Of a DNA stretch of 64,000 nt, positions 49,041 through 61,110 are shown in pieces. The DNA is taken from positions 12,276,001-12,340,000 of the forward strand of contig NC_043008.1 in the NCBI RefSeq assembly GCF_006345805.1. The letters are read 5' to 3'. A program made the position numbers and the translations under genes. Each line of letters begins with the position of its first letter. Position 1 is the stretch's first letter. This DNA is from Octopus sinensis (lineage: Eukaryota). The notes under the pieces were generated by a model that was given only the letters and a program-made list of their open reading frames with translations, was not told the origin of the DNA and did not search any database.

Positions 49041-49464
49041 TTCTGACGAATTTAAGAGAAAATATTGATGAAGTGCAAAGAAAACTAAAAAAAATCAATA
49101 ATATTATAATTTAAGAAGTTTCTTTTGTTTTAGAATTTTAACGCAAATGAAAATTTGGTATCAGATTGTTGTGGGGAGATAAATGAATGTTTTGTAGTAA
49201 AAAAAACCTCCTCTGCCTCTTCCGAGCATCTTCCCCTTTCCACCTACCCCACCCCCACCCCCACCGCTCTTGCTCAAATGTGGAAAAAACAAAAAAAAGA
49301 AAACAAAACTTGATCAGAATTAAATTATATTCTGCTCAATATTGTATAATATGCATGATAAGTTGTCTTTCTTTTACCATCACCATTAAAAAAAAACATC
49401 TAAATATTCCATTTGGGAACTTCATCATCATCATCATCGTCATCATCAGCATCATCAGTAGCAG

Positions 49465-49572
49465 CCGTCCAAGAATTTGGACCTGGAGATCTCCATTTCA
49501 AGCGACTTCGAGGGCCACCTCCCAGTGGTGTCGGGCGTCAACAAAGAGCCCTTGACTACAAGACGACTAAAG
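49465..49572 (+). CDS. Candidate 108-nt coding exon (unassigned)
   Basis: CpG-rich island, tagcag| acceptor, aag|gt donor, phase 0-0, PSKNLDLEISISSDFEGHLPVVSGVNKEPLTTRRLK with roughly 70% GC at third positions. Confidence 0.4.
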
Positions 49573-50049
49573 GTTTTTTTTTCCAAGGTCTGGGGTCTCT
49601 CGCCCCTAAGCCCTAGACCATCACCTAATCATCCTTACCCGCCTTGTTGCTTAACAACAACAACAACAACAGCAGCAGCAGCATCATCATCATCAGCATC
49701 ACCGTTGTCATCATCGTTATCATCATTATCGTTTAATGCCCGTTTTCTGTACCGGTATGTGTTGGTTGGTTTGACTGGAGCTGGCAAGCAAGGCTAGGAG
49801 CTGGCACACCAGGTTCCCATATTCTGTTTTGGCTTGATCCCTACACCTGGATGCCCCTCCAAAAACCAACCACTTTACAGAGTGTACTGGGTGGTACTTT
49901 TTTTACATGGCACCAGTGCTAGCCATTTTTACTTTTATGTGGTACCATCACCATTGCATTTCCACTTCACCACCATCATCATCATCATCATCATCCTCAT
50001 TTAAAGTTCGTTTTCCATAATGGCATGGGTTGAGCTCTTTGACAAGAGG

Positions 50050-50280
50050 CGGCAAGCTGGCAGAAATGTTAGCACGCCGGGCGAAATGCGTAGCCGTATT
50101 TCATCTGCCATTATGTCCTGAGTTCAAATTCCGCCGAGGTTGACTTTGCCTTTCATCCTTTCGGGGTCGATTAAATAAGTACCAGTTACGCACTGGGGTC
50201 GATATAATCGACTTAATCCGTTTGTCTGTCCTTGTTTGTTCTCTCTGTGTTTAGCCCCTTGTGAGTAGTAAAGAAATAGG
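50050..50280 (+). mobile_element. SINE family B monomer
   Basis: ggcggcaagctggcagaaatgttagcacgccgggcgaaatg...ccccttgtgagtagtaaagaaatagg. Confidence 0.9.
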
Positions 50281-50719
50281 TTTTATTTTAAAAGAATAGA
50301 ATTCAAGGGGACAGATTTCTTTTTCCTCTAATCGTATTTTTCTAGAGTGACCATAACTTTCGGCGTCTAAAACCAAAATCATAATATATGGAACTGGAAG
50401 AAGTGACAGAAATTAATCAAAGATGGTTCATTATTAAATTATAAAGAACATGGTTCACTTTTGGTTCACTTTCCACTCTGTAATGAACTGATCCGAATCC
50501 TTTACGTTTATATTCTCAAGGAATTCATAGAGAATATTCTAGCTGCTGCTGCTGCTGCTGCTGCTTTCTTCTCTTATCAAGTTCTTTGAATAAAAAAAAA
50601 ATCTTATTCAGTAATTCTACCTTCATCCAGTGATTCCAAAGTGGAGGGTTTTCTTTGATTTCTTTCCACTTCTGTGTCATTTGCCCTCTCCTCACCCCAA
50701 CACAATAGCTTTGTTTACC

Positions 50720-51130
50720 TGTAGTGCTCTCTCTCTCTCTTAATCTCCCCCTCTCTCCCTCTTTCTTTCTCTCTCTCACTTTCACTCTCTCTCTCTCTCT
50801 CTTGCTTTCATGTTTTCTGTCGCACTCTCTCACAATTTCTCTCTTTTACTCTCTCTCATGCTTTCTCACTCACTCTCAATTTCTCTCTCTCTCATGCTTT
50901 CTTTCTCTCTCTCTCACTCTCTCTCAATTTCTCTCTCTCTCTCATGCTTTCTCTCTCTCTCTCACTCTCTCACAATTTTTCTCTCTCTCTCTCATGCTTT
51001 CTCTCTCATTCTCTCACAATTTCTCTCTCTTACTCTCTCTCTCTCACTCTCTCTCTCTCCTGTTTTCTTTCTCACTCTCTCACAATTTCTCTCTTTCTCA
51101 CTCTCTCATGCTGTCTCTCTCACTCTCACA

Positions 51131-51168
<38 letters not shown>
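50720..51168. repeat. Compound (CT)n field with recurring ctcatgcttt and cacaattt spacers
   Basis: directly visible. Confidence 0.95.
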
Positions 51169-52409
51169 CCTACATGCTATCACTATAACAATATAGTACA
51201 TATACAACAGTGTAATTTTTTTCTTTTGCACAAAATGAGTAAAAAGAAAGAAAGAAAGATAAAAAGAAAACATTGCTTATAAGTTAAAAGGGCAATGATA
51301 GAATGAAGAAAGGCTCCAAATGCCTTATCTTGTTATCTTCAAGTTTTTAATCTTCTTGTCAGGGGAAAAAACAAAACCCACCAAAAAAAAAATTAAAAAA
51401 GCAATAAACCCTAAAACAGATATCTTTCAAGTCATAGAACTTTTGCTCAAATCAGTGCGATCAGCCTAGGACCTACATGTATGATAACACTTATAGATTC
51501 AGGCTATCTCATAGCTTCCTACTCTAATGTGCCCTGCTAATTTTCCTTCCACATACACACACACACACCACCACCACCACCACCATCACCACCACCACCA
51601 TCACCACCACACCTTCAGGTTTTTTCTGCTCTCCAAAGTTTTTTTTTTTTTTTGCTTCCATGTAATTTCTTTTTGACGAGTTGTAGGTTTCCTGACTCCT
51701 GCAATCTTATCTGTTCTTTACGAGTACATAAATACGGAAGATAAAAAACTGCATAAAACAGGTGTAAAAAAAAAATTTCCTTTTTCTCCCACCCTCTGCT
51801 CTCTCTTTCTCTCTCTCACTTTCTCTTGTTTAAAGAATAAAAAACAAAACACACCCCACCACTAAAAATAATAATCAAAAATAACAATTTTAAAAAAAGG
51901 TGTAATTGCAATTTTCCCTTCTTTTATATATTTTAATTTCTTACCTTATAACTTAAAAAAAAAATTCCTATTAAACCATATGCTTGACAATTACATTGGC
52001 AGATTTCTCGTTAGCTTTATCAGATTTTAGCTGTTATCTTCTTATAACATTCTTCTCTATAATGTCAACAACCTGCTTCAAATTGTCGCATTAAAAGTCC
52101 AAATGTGTTAATTTTAGATTGAACTAACTTCTAGAATGTACTTTACCTTTCCGAGTTAAGTAGCTGCACTTCACCTAGCATCAAGTCAACTCATTGCACT
52201 TGTCTTTCTCTGCTTTTATTCAGCATCTTTTTTTTTTTTTTGTATCATTCTTTTACCACATCATAGCAGTGAACTGGCAGAATCGTTAGCATGCCAGGTG
52301 AAATGCTTAGCGATATTTCGTCTGCTGCTACGTTCTGAGTTCAAATTCCACCCAGGTCTTCTTTACCTTTCATCCTTTCGTTTTCAATAAATTTTGGGCC
52401 TTGTGCCTA

Positions 52410-52695
52410 GTACATTATTTACATTATTTTCGTTTGACGGATATTTGTCCTCATCTTGTTTGTTGTTAACACAACGTTTCGGCTGATATACCCTCCAGCC
52501 TTCATCAGGTGTCTTGGGGAAATTTCGAACCTGGGTTTTCATTCCTAAGGTATTTTTCGATGTTGTTATCATTATTATTATATTATTATTATTATTATTA
52601 TTATTATTGTTATTATTATGCAGGTCACTGCCTGGAATCAAACTCGGAATATTGGGTTAGTAGCCCACGCTCTTAACCACTGCACAATATGCCCA
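52410..52695 (-). mobile_element. Family F element, colinear copy: tRNA-like head, (AAT)n, hammerhead tail
   Basis: minus strand ggcatattgtgcagtggttaagagcgtgggctactaacccaatattccgagtttgattccaggcagtgacctg-(aat)n-catcgaaaaatacc...HHR...gtaaataatgta. Confidence 0.85.
52468..52513 (-). ncRNA. Minimal type I hammerhead ribozyme, intact core
   Basis: exact reverse complement of 36609-36654. Confidence 0.85.
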
Positions 52696-52749
52696 TGGGC
52701 CTAGAGTAGAAAAGAATATATATCTGTGTGAAAGGCATGGCGATATTTA

Positions 52750-53228
52750 ATCTGTTTTTACATTCTGAGTTCAAATTCCACCAAGGTCAACTTTGCTTTT
52801 CATCCTTTCACTTTCGATAAATTAAGTAGCAGTTGCATCCTGGGGTCAATTTAATTGACTGGCTCCCTCCCCCACAAAAAATTTCGGGCCTTGTGCCTAG
52901 AGTAGAAAAGATTCTTTTACCACATCAATCTTACTCTTCATTTGATCATTGTGATTCTTGATGTCTGCAGAAGAATTATCCTTTTTTGGACTTCATGATG
53001 TGTGAGTGAAGGTGTATATGTCCACGTGTATCAGTACAGGTGCTTCTATACACACATGTTTTTCTTATTTGTACTAAAATCTAATAAACATTGGTTTCAA
53101 ATTTTGGCACTAGGCCAGCAATTTTGGGGGAGGGGTTAAGTCAATTATATTAACCCCAGTATCCAACTGGTACTTATGTCTTTGATCCCAAAATGATGAA
53201 AGATAAAGTCAGCCTCAGCAGAATTTGA
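52750..53228. repeat. Segment duplicated at ~54930-55325 (diverged)
   Basis: shared unique core gattcttttaccacatca...ggacttcatgatgt between two SINE B pieces. Confidence 0.9.
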
Positions 53229-53395
53229 ACTTATAGAGCGATTGCATTGAAACAACACTAAGAACCAAGAAGATTAAGGTATCTGATTCTTAAGTCTAGT
53301 GAACACATGTTATAGAGAAAGAATGGTTATATTTTAATAGGATAGAATTTAGCATCTTGCCCAGGGTGCTAATGATTCTGCCAGTTCCTTTGTCT

Positions 53396-54338
53396 TCACC
53401 CTTTTGATACCAGTCCGGTTGGAACCGCCTCTGGCTCCATAGTACAAATGTCTTGTTTTCAAAATTTTTGAATTAAAATCTTTCACCAAACCTTAGTCAC
53501 AATTTATGTTCCTAATACTAGTTTAATAATAATTAAGTTATTTTACTAAACATTTTGTTGTATTTAAAATTAATTGAAAGAAAACAGAGCATCTCAACAG
53601 AAATATTGGTAACAAAAGGGTTAACAAATTATTAATTTAACTCATTCGATACCAGCCCAACTGAAACCACCTCTGGCTCTGTAGTACAAATGTCTTGTTT
53701 TCATAAGTTCTGAATTAAAATCTTCCACCAAACCTTAGTCGCAATTTATGTTCCTAACATTAGTTTAATGATAACTAAGTTATTTTACTAAATTCTTTGT
53801 TATATTTAAAGTAATGGAAAGAAACACAGAGCATCTCAACAGAAATATTGGTAACAAAAGGGTTAACAAATTATTAATTTAATTCATTCGATACCAGTCC
53901 AACTGAAACCACCTCTGGCTCTGCAGGACAGATATCTTGTTTTCATAAGTTCTAAATTAAAATCTTTCACCAAACCTTAGTCACAATTTATGTTCCTAAC
54001 ACTAGCTTAATGATAACTAAGTTATTTTACTAAACATTTTGTTGTATTTAAAATTAATTGGAAGAAAACACAGAGCATCTCAACAGAAATATGGTAACAA
54101 AAGGGTTAGCAAATTATTAATTTAACTCATTTGATACCAGCCCAACTGAAACCACCTCTGGCTCTGTGGTACAAATGTCTTGTTTTCTTAAGTTCTGAAT
54201 TAAAATCTTCCACCAAACCTTAGTCTCAGTTTATGTTCCTAACACTAGCTTAATAATAACTAAGTTCTTTGTTATATTTAAAATTAATTGAAAGAAACAC
54301 AGAGCATCTCAAAATAAATATGGTAACGAAAGGGTTGA
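53396..54338. mobile_element. Tandem array of four MITE M1 units (~241-bp period)
   Basis: units end gtaacaaaagggtta(a/g) and are separated by the same caaattattaat spacer; opposite orientation to 20329-20856. Confidence 0.92.
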
Positions 54339-54929
54339 ATCTAATAAATATTAATTTCAAATTTAAGAATGCGGTCAGCAGTTTTGGGAGATATGGCAAT
54401 TCGATTACATTGACCTCAGTACACCACTGGTACCTTATTTAGTGACCCTGAAAGGATGAAAGATAAAGTCAACATCATCTGAATATGAATTCAGGGTATG
54501 AAGATTGAGGAAATGGTGCCAAGCATTTTGTTCAGCATGCCTATGATTCCGCCATCTTACTGCCTTAAATCTAATAAATATTAATTGCCATTCATGAAGG
54601 CATTGCTTATCCTGAAGACAATGGCTAGGGTTTTGTGAAACACTTATATATAATCATTTACTTATTACTGAATCCTCTTTGCTCCCCATGGAATATAAAA
54701 GCCCTTCATGACCCCTTTTTTTTTTCTCTTGGTTTTGAATTGTCATCAGTGCTTCTGTAACTGAATATGGGACCATGTGGCTAAGTGGTAATGAAAACGG
54801 AGCAATCGATGTAAGAAAAAAAACAAAGAAAATAAGGGGTTAATTAGGTTAAGGTTTACTTGTAAAATACTGTTGTTGCAGGAAATGGGTCTACATGTAT
54901 GATGGTGAGTGGTGAGGGGCATATTGTAT

Positions 54930-55408
54930 CTGTTTTTACATTCTGAGTTCAAATTTCATCGAGATCCACTTTGCCTTTCATCCTTTTGCTTGGCTCCCTC
55001 CCTCCAAAATTTCAGACCTTGTGCCTAGAATAGAAAAGATTCTTTTACCACATCACTCTTACTCTTCATTTAATCATTGTGATTCTTGATGTCTGCAGGA
55101 GAATTTTCCTTTTTTGGACTTCATGATGTACGAGTGATGGTGCTTCTATACACACATGTTTTTCTTATTTGTATTAAAATGTAATAAACATTGGTTTCAA
55201 ATTTTGGCACTAGGCCAGCAATTTTGGGGAAGGTGTTAAGTCAATTATATCAACCCCAATATCCAACTGGTATTTATGTCTTTGATCCCAAAATGATGAA
55301 AGATAAAGTCAGCCTCAACAGAATTTTACTAAACATTTTGTTGTATTTAAAATTAATTGAAAGAAAACACAGAGCATCTCAACAGAAATATGGTAACAAA
55401 AGGGTTAA
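54930..55408. repeat. Second copy of 52750-53228 fused to the end of an M1 unit
   Basis: junction cagaattt|tactaaacattttg...ggtaacaaaagggttaa. Confidence 0.85.
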
Positions 55409-55499
55409 CAATAGGAGTGGTGGGGGTGGGACTCAGAAGCAAAGGGGTGGCAGTCTTAAAAAGTTTGGGAACCACTGGTTTAAGTTCTTTGTGTTTTTT

Positions 55500-55925
55500 T
55501 ATTCTTTTACTCTTTTACTTGTTTCAGTCATTTGGCTGTGACCATGTTGGAGCACTGCCTCTAGTTGAGCAAATCGACCCCAGGACTTATTCTTTGTAAG
55601 CCTAGTACTTATTCTATCGCTCTCTTTTGCCGAACCGCTAATTTACGGGGACATAAACACACCAGCATCGGTTGTCAAGCAATGTTGGGAGGACAAACAC
55701 AGACACACAATGATACACACAATGATACACACACACACACACATATATATATATACATATATACGACGGGCTTCTTCCAGTTTCTGTCTACCAAATCCAC
55801 TCACAAGGCTTTGGTCGACTCAAGGCTATAGTAGAAGACACTTGCCCAAGGTGCCATGCAGTGGGACTGAACCCATAACCATGCGGTTGGTAAGCAAGCT
55901 ACTTACCACACAGCCACTCCTGCAC
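55500..55925 (-). mobile_element. SINE family A, full length
   Basis: complete reverse-complement copy. Confidence 0.9.
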
Positions 55926-56564
55926 CTATGTTGTGTATCTTGCTGCTTTATCTCTGATGTATTTTACAATTAATACAAAGTCTCATATAAACTTCAAGCC
56001 AGATAATCAATAGTTATTTTTTATTTTTAAAAAATTTTTTTTACGAACCTAGACATTAAACTGACTTTCTTCTCATGGCTTTTCCACGAAAAGTCTTATA
56101 ACATTTCCTATTTGGTCTGGTGGAAACAAAAACAATACTTCTATACAATTTCGCTATTCCGTGAGAATCGTTGAAACTCCAAAATGTTGCGTACTGTTTG
56201 CGGTTGTAAAAACGGAAGAAATCAATACTACTTGTGATCATAATATGTAGTTATGTTGATTTGAACCAGAAATTCACTGATTTCCTATTAAATTTTCAGG
56301 TAGCTAGGCCAGTAGTCAACATCTGTCGATATTTCCTGAGAAAATGCTTTCAAGGAAGTTTGCTGTTTATTTTCAGTTTATTTCCTTCTTTCTTTTCCTG
56401 TTTTCTTCTTCTTTTTTTTTTACCTGAGAAAACTTTTTAAATGATTTTCACCTTCAATTGGCTTCTTTGTGGTTATTATAAATAAGCATGGTCCAGTTGT
56501 AATAGTTTTAGGTTACAATAGTAAGGTCATGGGTTCAATTCTTGCACAAAGCGATGTGTTGTGT

Positions 56565-56930
56565 CCTTTACTCTTTTACTCTTTTACTTGTTTCAGTCAT
56601 TTGACTGTGGCCATGCTGGAGCACCGCCTTTAGTCGAGCAAATCAACCCCGGGACTTATTCTTTGTAAGCCCAGTACTTATTCTATCGGTCTCTTTTGCC
56701 GAACTGCTAAGTGACGGGTACGTAAACACACCAGCATCAGTTGTCAAACAATGCTAAGGGGACACACAAACACACACACACATACATATATATATATACA
56801 TATATACGACAGGATTCTTTCAGTTTCCGACTACCAAATCCACTCACAAGGCATTAGTCGGCTCGGGGCTATAGCAGAAGACACTTGCCCAAGATGCCAC
56901 ACAGTGGGACTGAACCCGGAACCATGTGGT
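56565..56930 (-). mobile_element. SINE family A, head slightly truncated
   Basis: reverse-complement copy ending at ggaaccatgtggtt. Confidence 0.9.
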
Positions 56931-56939
56931 TCAAATCCC

Positions 56940-57320
56940 TTTGAGCAAGGGATTTGATTTTTTGTTGCTCCAGTCTGGTCAGCTGAAAACATGTACCATC
57001 TGATAACTGGTTGCACCCCTCTCTCTCTCTCTCTCTCCTTCCGGTGTCCCATCTTTAATGCATTGCTGGGTGAAGTTTGGGAAGTTCTAGGCCTCATAGA
57101 ATCGGTTACTTGATTTCTGTGGTGCACAAGTGACAGGGATCCCAACTGTTCCTCCTGGAGGGGATGCCAGTCCATCTCAGGGTTACTTTACCCACAGCCG
57201 AGCAGGACTGGAGCAACTTGAAATGAAGTGTTTTGCTCAAGAACACAACACACTATCCGGTCTAGAAATTGAACACATGATCCTGTGATTGTAAGTTGCA
57301 ACAGCCTAACCACTGTTAGG
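56940..57320 (-). mobile_element. C-type SINE with a third tail variant
   Basis: gactggagcaacttgaaatgaagtgttttgctcaagaacacaac core; ggatgccagtccatc is the reverse complement of a V-like motif. Confidence 0.6.
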
Positions 57321-57344
57321 CTACATACTTTCATTCACACATTG

Positions 57345-57745
57345 CTGAGACCCCCTTCGGTCATGACTAACCATGGGATTGTACAAACACATTTTCACTC
57401 ATGCATTGCTGAGACCCCTTCGGTCATGACTGACCATGGGATTGCACCAAGAAAGTTTTCCTCCCAGGCACAAGTCCAGGCAAGGTTCTTTATAGAAGAC
57501 CAGCAGTCGCCCATGCATACCGGCCTCCCCTCTCCAGGCCACCGATGTTATCCAAGGGAAAGGCAAAGGGGCCAATACAGCTTGGCACCAGAGACATTGC
57601 AACTGATTTCTACAGCTGAGTGAACTGGAGCAATGTGAAATAAAGTGTCTTGCTCAAGAACACAACATGTAGCCTGGTCTGGGATTTGAACTCACAACCT
57701 CACGATCATAAGCTCAATGCTCTAACCACTGAGCCATACGCCTTC
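57345..57745 (-). mobile_element. SINE family C2 with duplicated 3' end
   Basis: attgctgagaccccttcggtcatgact...catgggattg occurs twice (~57341 and ~57404). Confidence 0.88.
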
Positions 57746-58677
57746 TCATTACCATTACAATGGTGATGTTTCAATCATACTACAAACACAAACAAGAATC
57801 TTTCCATTCCCTTTGTCTCTTTCCTCCCATATAAATTCCATCTTTTACTTATTTACTTTCATATATACCCACATATACGCAAACTCATTCATACACATAC
57901 ATTTATTATTAATCTAATATAAATGACTTCTTTTTTTTTTTTTTATAAATTAATATGTAAATTTATGATTGAAGTAAACAAAACCATTTCATGTGTAAAA
58001 ATTAGATAATTTATTTGGCTGTTTTTTTTCAAGCTGTTTCATCGTTTCATGACCTTTCACCCTCTGGTAATAATTTTAGATTGAAGTGTATGTTTTATAT
58101 TATTTCACTGAAAGTACTTCTATGTTAGTTCTATGTCTGTTAAAAAAAAAATAGTTATTTATATAGCTTACTACTGGTTGCTGATTGATTTCTGATCTAA
58201 CATTGGTCCGGTATGAGTAAAATTGATGTGTTGGCTGTCTGAGTTAAAATAGTCAATTTCCTTTCATCGTTTATCTGCTACTTGTTTCAATCATTGGACA
58301 GCGGCCATGCTAGAGCACCACTCTGAAAGGTTTTGGGAAGGAAATCAATTGTAGCTCTGATACTTATTCGCTTGGCCTCTTTTGCTACTCTGCTAAAGCA
58401 CTTGGATGTAAACAAACCAACACCAGTTTTCAAGCAGTGGGAGTGGGGCAGAGAAAGACACCAAGGTACATTCTCTTCTTTTATTCTTTGACTGCAGCCA
58501 TGCTGGAGCACCACCTCGAAGGGTTTTAGTCGAACAAATTGACCCCAGGACTTATTCTATAAGCTTTGTACTTATTCTATCAGTCTCTTATGCCACACCA
58601 GTAAGTTACAGGGATGTAAACACACTAACACCATTTTCAAGTAATGGTGGTGGGGACAAACAAACACACACACACAC

Positions 58678-59828
58678 TCATATATATATATATATGTATG
58701 TATATAGATATAGATATTCTTTCACTCTTTTACACATCTCGGTCATTTGACTGTGGCCATAAACACACCAACATCGGTTGTCAGCAATGGTGGGTGGACA
58801 AACACAAACACAAAGACAAACATACATAATTATATATACATATATATACATTATATATACATATATATACATTATATATACATATATATACATTATATAT
58901 ACATATATATACACACAACATACTTCTTTCAGTTTGTGTCTATCAAATTCACTCACAAGGCTTTGGTCAGTTCCAGGCCATGATAGAAAACACTTGTGTA
59001 AAGTGCCACACAGTGGGACTGAACCTGGAACCATGTGGTTGGGAAGCAAGCTTCTTACCACACAGCCATGCTTACACCTATATATAAACTTCTATAGGTC
59101 TATACCTATGTGTTTATCTTCTGAATATATTTACTTTTTATATTTATATGTATCCTATATATATCTATATGCGTATATGCATGTATGTATATTTATATAT
59201 ATCAAACTTAATCATGCTTATTTACATCTCTCTGTCTCTTTCTATATATATATATATATATGTATGTATATAGATATAGATATTCTTTCACTCTTTTACA
59301 CATCTCGGTCATTTGACTGTGGCCATAAACACACCAACATCGGTTGTCAGCAATGGTGGGTGGACAAACACAAACACAAAGACAAACATACATAATTATA
59401 TATACATATATATACATTATATATACATATATATACATTATATATACATATATATACATTATATATACATATATATACACACAACATACTTCTTTCAGTT
59501 TGTGTCTATCAAATTCACTCACAAGGCTTTGGTCAGTTCCAGGCCATGATAGAAAACACTTGTGTAAAGTGCCACACAGTGGGACTGAACCTGGAACCAT
59601 GTGGTTGGGAAGCAAGCTTCTTACCACACAGCCATGCTTACACCTATATATAAACTTCTATAGGTCTATACCTATGTGTTTATCTTCTGAATATATTTAC
59701 TTTTTATATTTATATGTATCCTATATATATCTATATGCGTATATGCATGTATGTATATTTATATATATCAAACTTAATCATGCTTATTTACATCTCTCTG
59801 TCTCTTTCTATATATATATATATATATA
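58678..59828. repeat. 566-bp apparently perfect tandem duplication containing an internally deleted SINE A (-)
   Basis: ORF-track offset 58747 vs 59313 = 566; breakpoints in (TA)n. Confidence 0.95.
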
Positions 59829-60287
59829 TTTTCATTCCCTAGTTTTATCTACCATTCATTTTCTCGCGATAATATCTATATTTACACCCTCAATGAACTA
59901 TTGTGTATTGTGTATTGGCATGAGTAAGGATGTGTTGAATGTGTCTATTTTTGTATATATGTGGCAATGATGGTTTCTATAGAACGATTGCTTTCTCTCA
60001 GAAGAAAAAAACAAAAACACACTTCTGAGTTTGTTGTAGGTTAGCTTAAATGACTTCCTTTTGAAATTCTCCCTGAGGATATGCAAAATTCACTGGTTTC
60101 GAATATAGAAATTTTTTCGAATATAGAAATATTTCTGAAATTAAAGAATTGCGTATGGAAACAGCTGTAGGGAGGAATTTCATTGTATGAATTTGAATGT
60201 GTGTTTAAATAAAAATATCTGTGCGCAAATTTTGATCCATTTTCTTATTTAAAAATTTATATATATATAATATATATATACATATAT

Positions 60288-60369
<82 letters not shown>

Positions 60370-60417
60370 CTCACACAACAGGCTGGAGGTTGGCAATCGG
60401 TACATTATTTAGCTACA

Positions 60418-60770
60418 TCTGGATGTGTGTAGGTTCATGTTTATAACAACAAAAAAAAGGAGAAGAAAATAAGGGGGGAAGAAAAGGAAGCTGCACATAC
60501 AATGCATAACTTAGAAGCAGCGCTACGGATGCGCCAGCACACACGAGATTGAGACATGGCCACCCTCATGCACTTCTCACAAGGAATTCCGGAAGGAGCT
60601 TTGTGAGATCACTGCTGAGACGCTTCCCAAAAAAAAGAGAGAAAAGCCATTTGAAAACCGATTATAGCAGCGACTTCATCAATTCCTAGGAATATCTGAA
60701 GAAGGAATTTTATTCCGAAATATCATATCAGATTACGGATGATTAAATTGCAACAGTTCTTATAGTCCAG
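60418..60770 (+). mobile_element. Penelope-like terminal-repeat fragment (family G)
   Basis: homologous to 6935-7275 (-); carries an intact HHR core. Confidence 0.7.
60692..60728 (+). ncRNA. Minimal hammerhead ribozyme, intact core
   Basis: atat-CTGAAGA-a-ggaat-ttt-attcc-GAAA-tat-c-atat; palindromic AUAU stem III, AUC site. Confidence 0.75.
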
Positions 60771-60861
60771 TATTTGTATTATAGTGCAGTGTTGTGTCAT
60801 TCAAAACATTTTATTCTTTACACTCACACACACACACATATATATATACATATACATGTTA

Positions 60862-61110
60862 GTGGAGGCACATGGCTTAGTGGTTAGGGTGTCAGCATCA
60901 TGATCGTAAGATTGTGGTTTCGATTCCTGGACCGGGCGACGCGTTGTGTTCTTGAGCAAAACACTTCATTTGACATTGCTCCAGTCCACTCAGCTGGCAA
61001 AAATGAGTAATGCTGAGATGGACTGGAGTCCCGTCCAGCTGGGGAACACATGCCATAGAAACCGGGAAACTGGGCCCATGAGACTGAATAGGCTTTGAAA
61101 GGGTGCATTT
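60862..61110 (+). mobile_element. SINE family C
   Basis: ggaggcacatggcttagtggttagg...gtttcgattcctggaccgggcgacgcg. Confidence 0.9.

Noticed and set aside
53396-54338. Regularly spaced repeats as a CRISPR-like array (also 7292-8080, 41410-41505)
   Set aside because: Units are long and contiguous with no unique spacers; eukaryotic context and clear MITE/SINE origin.
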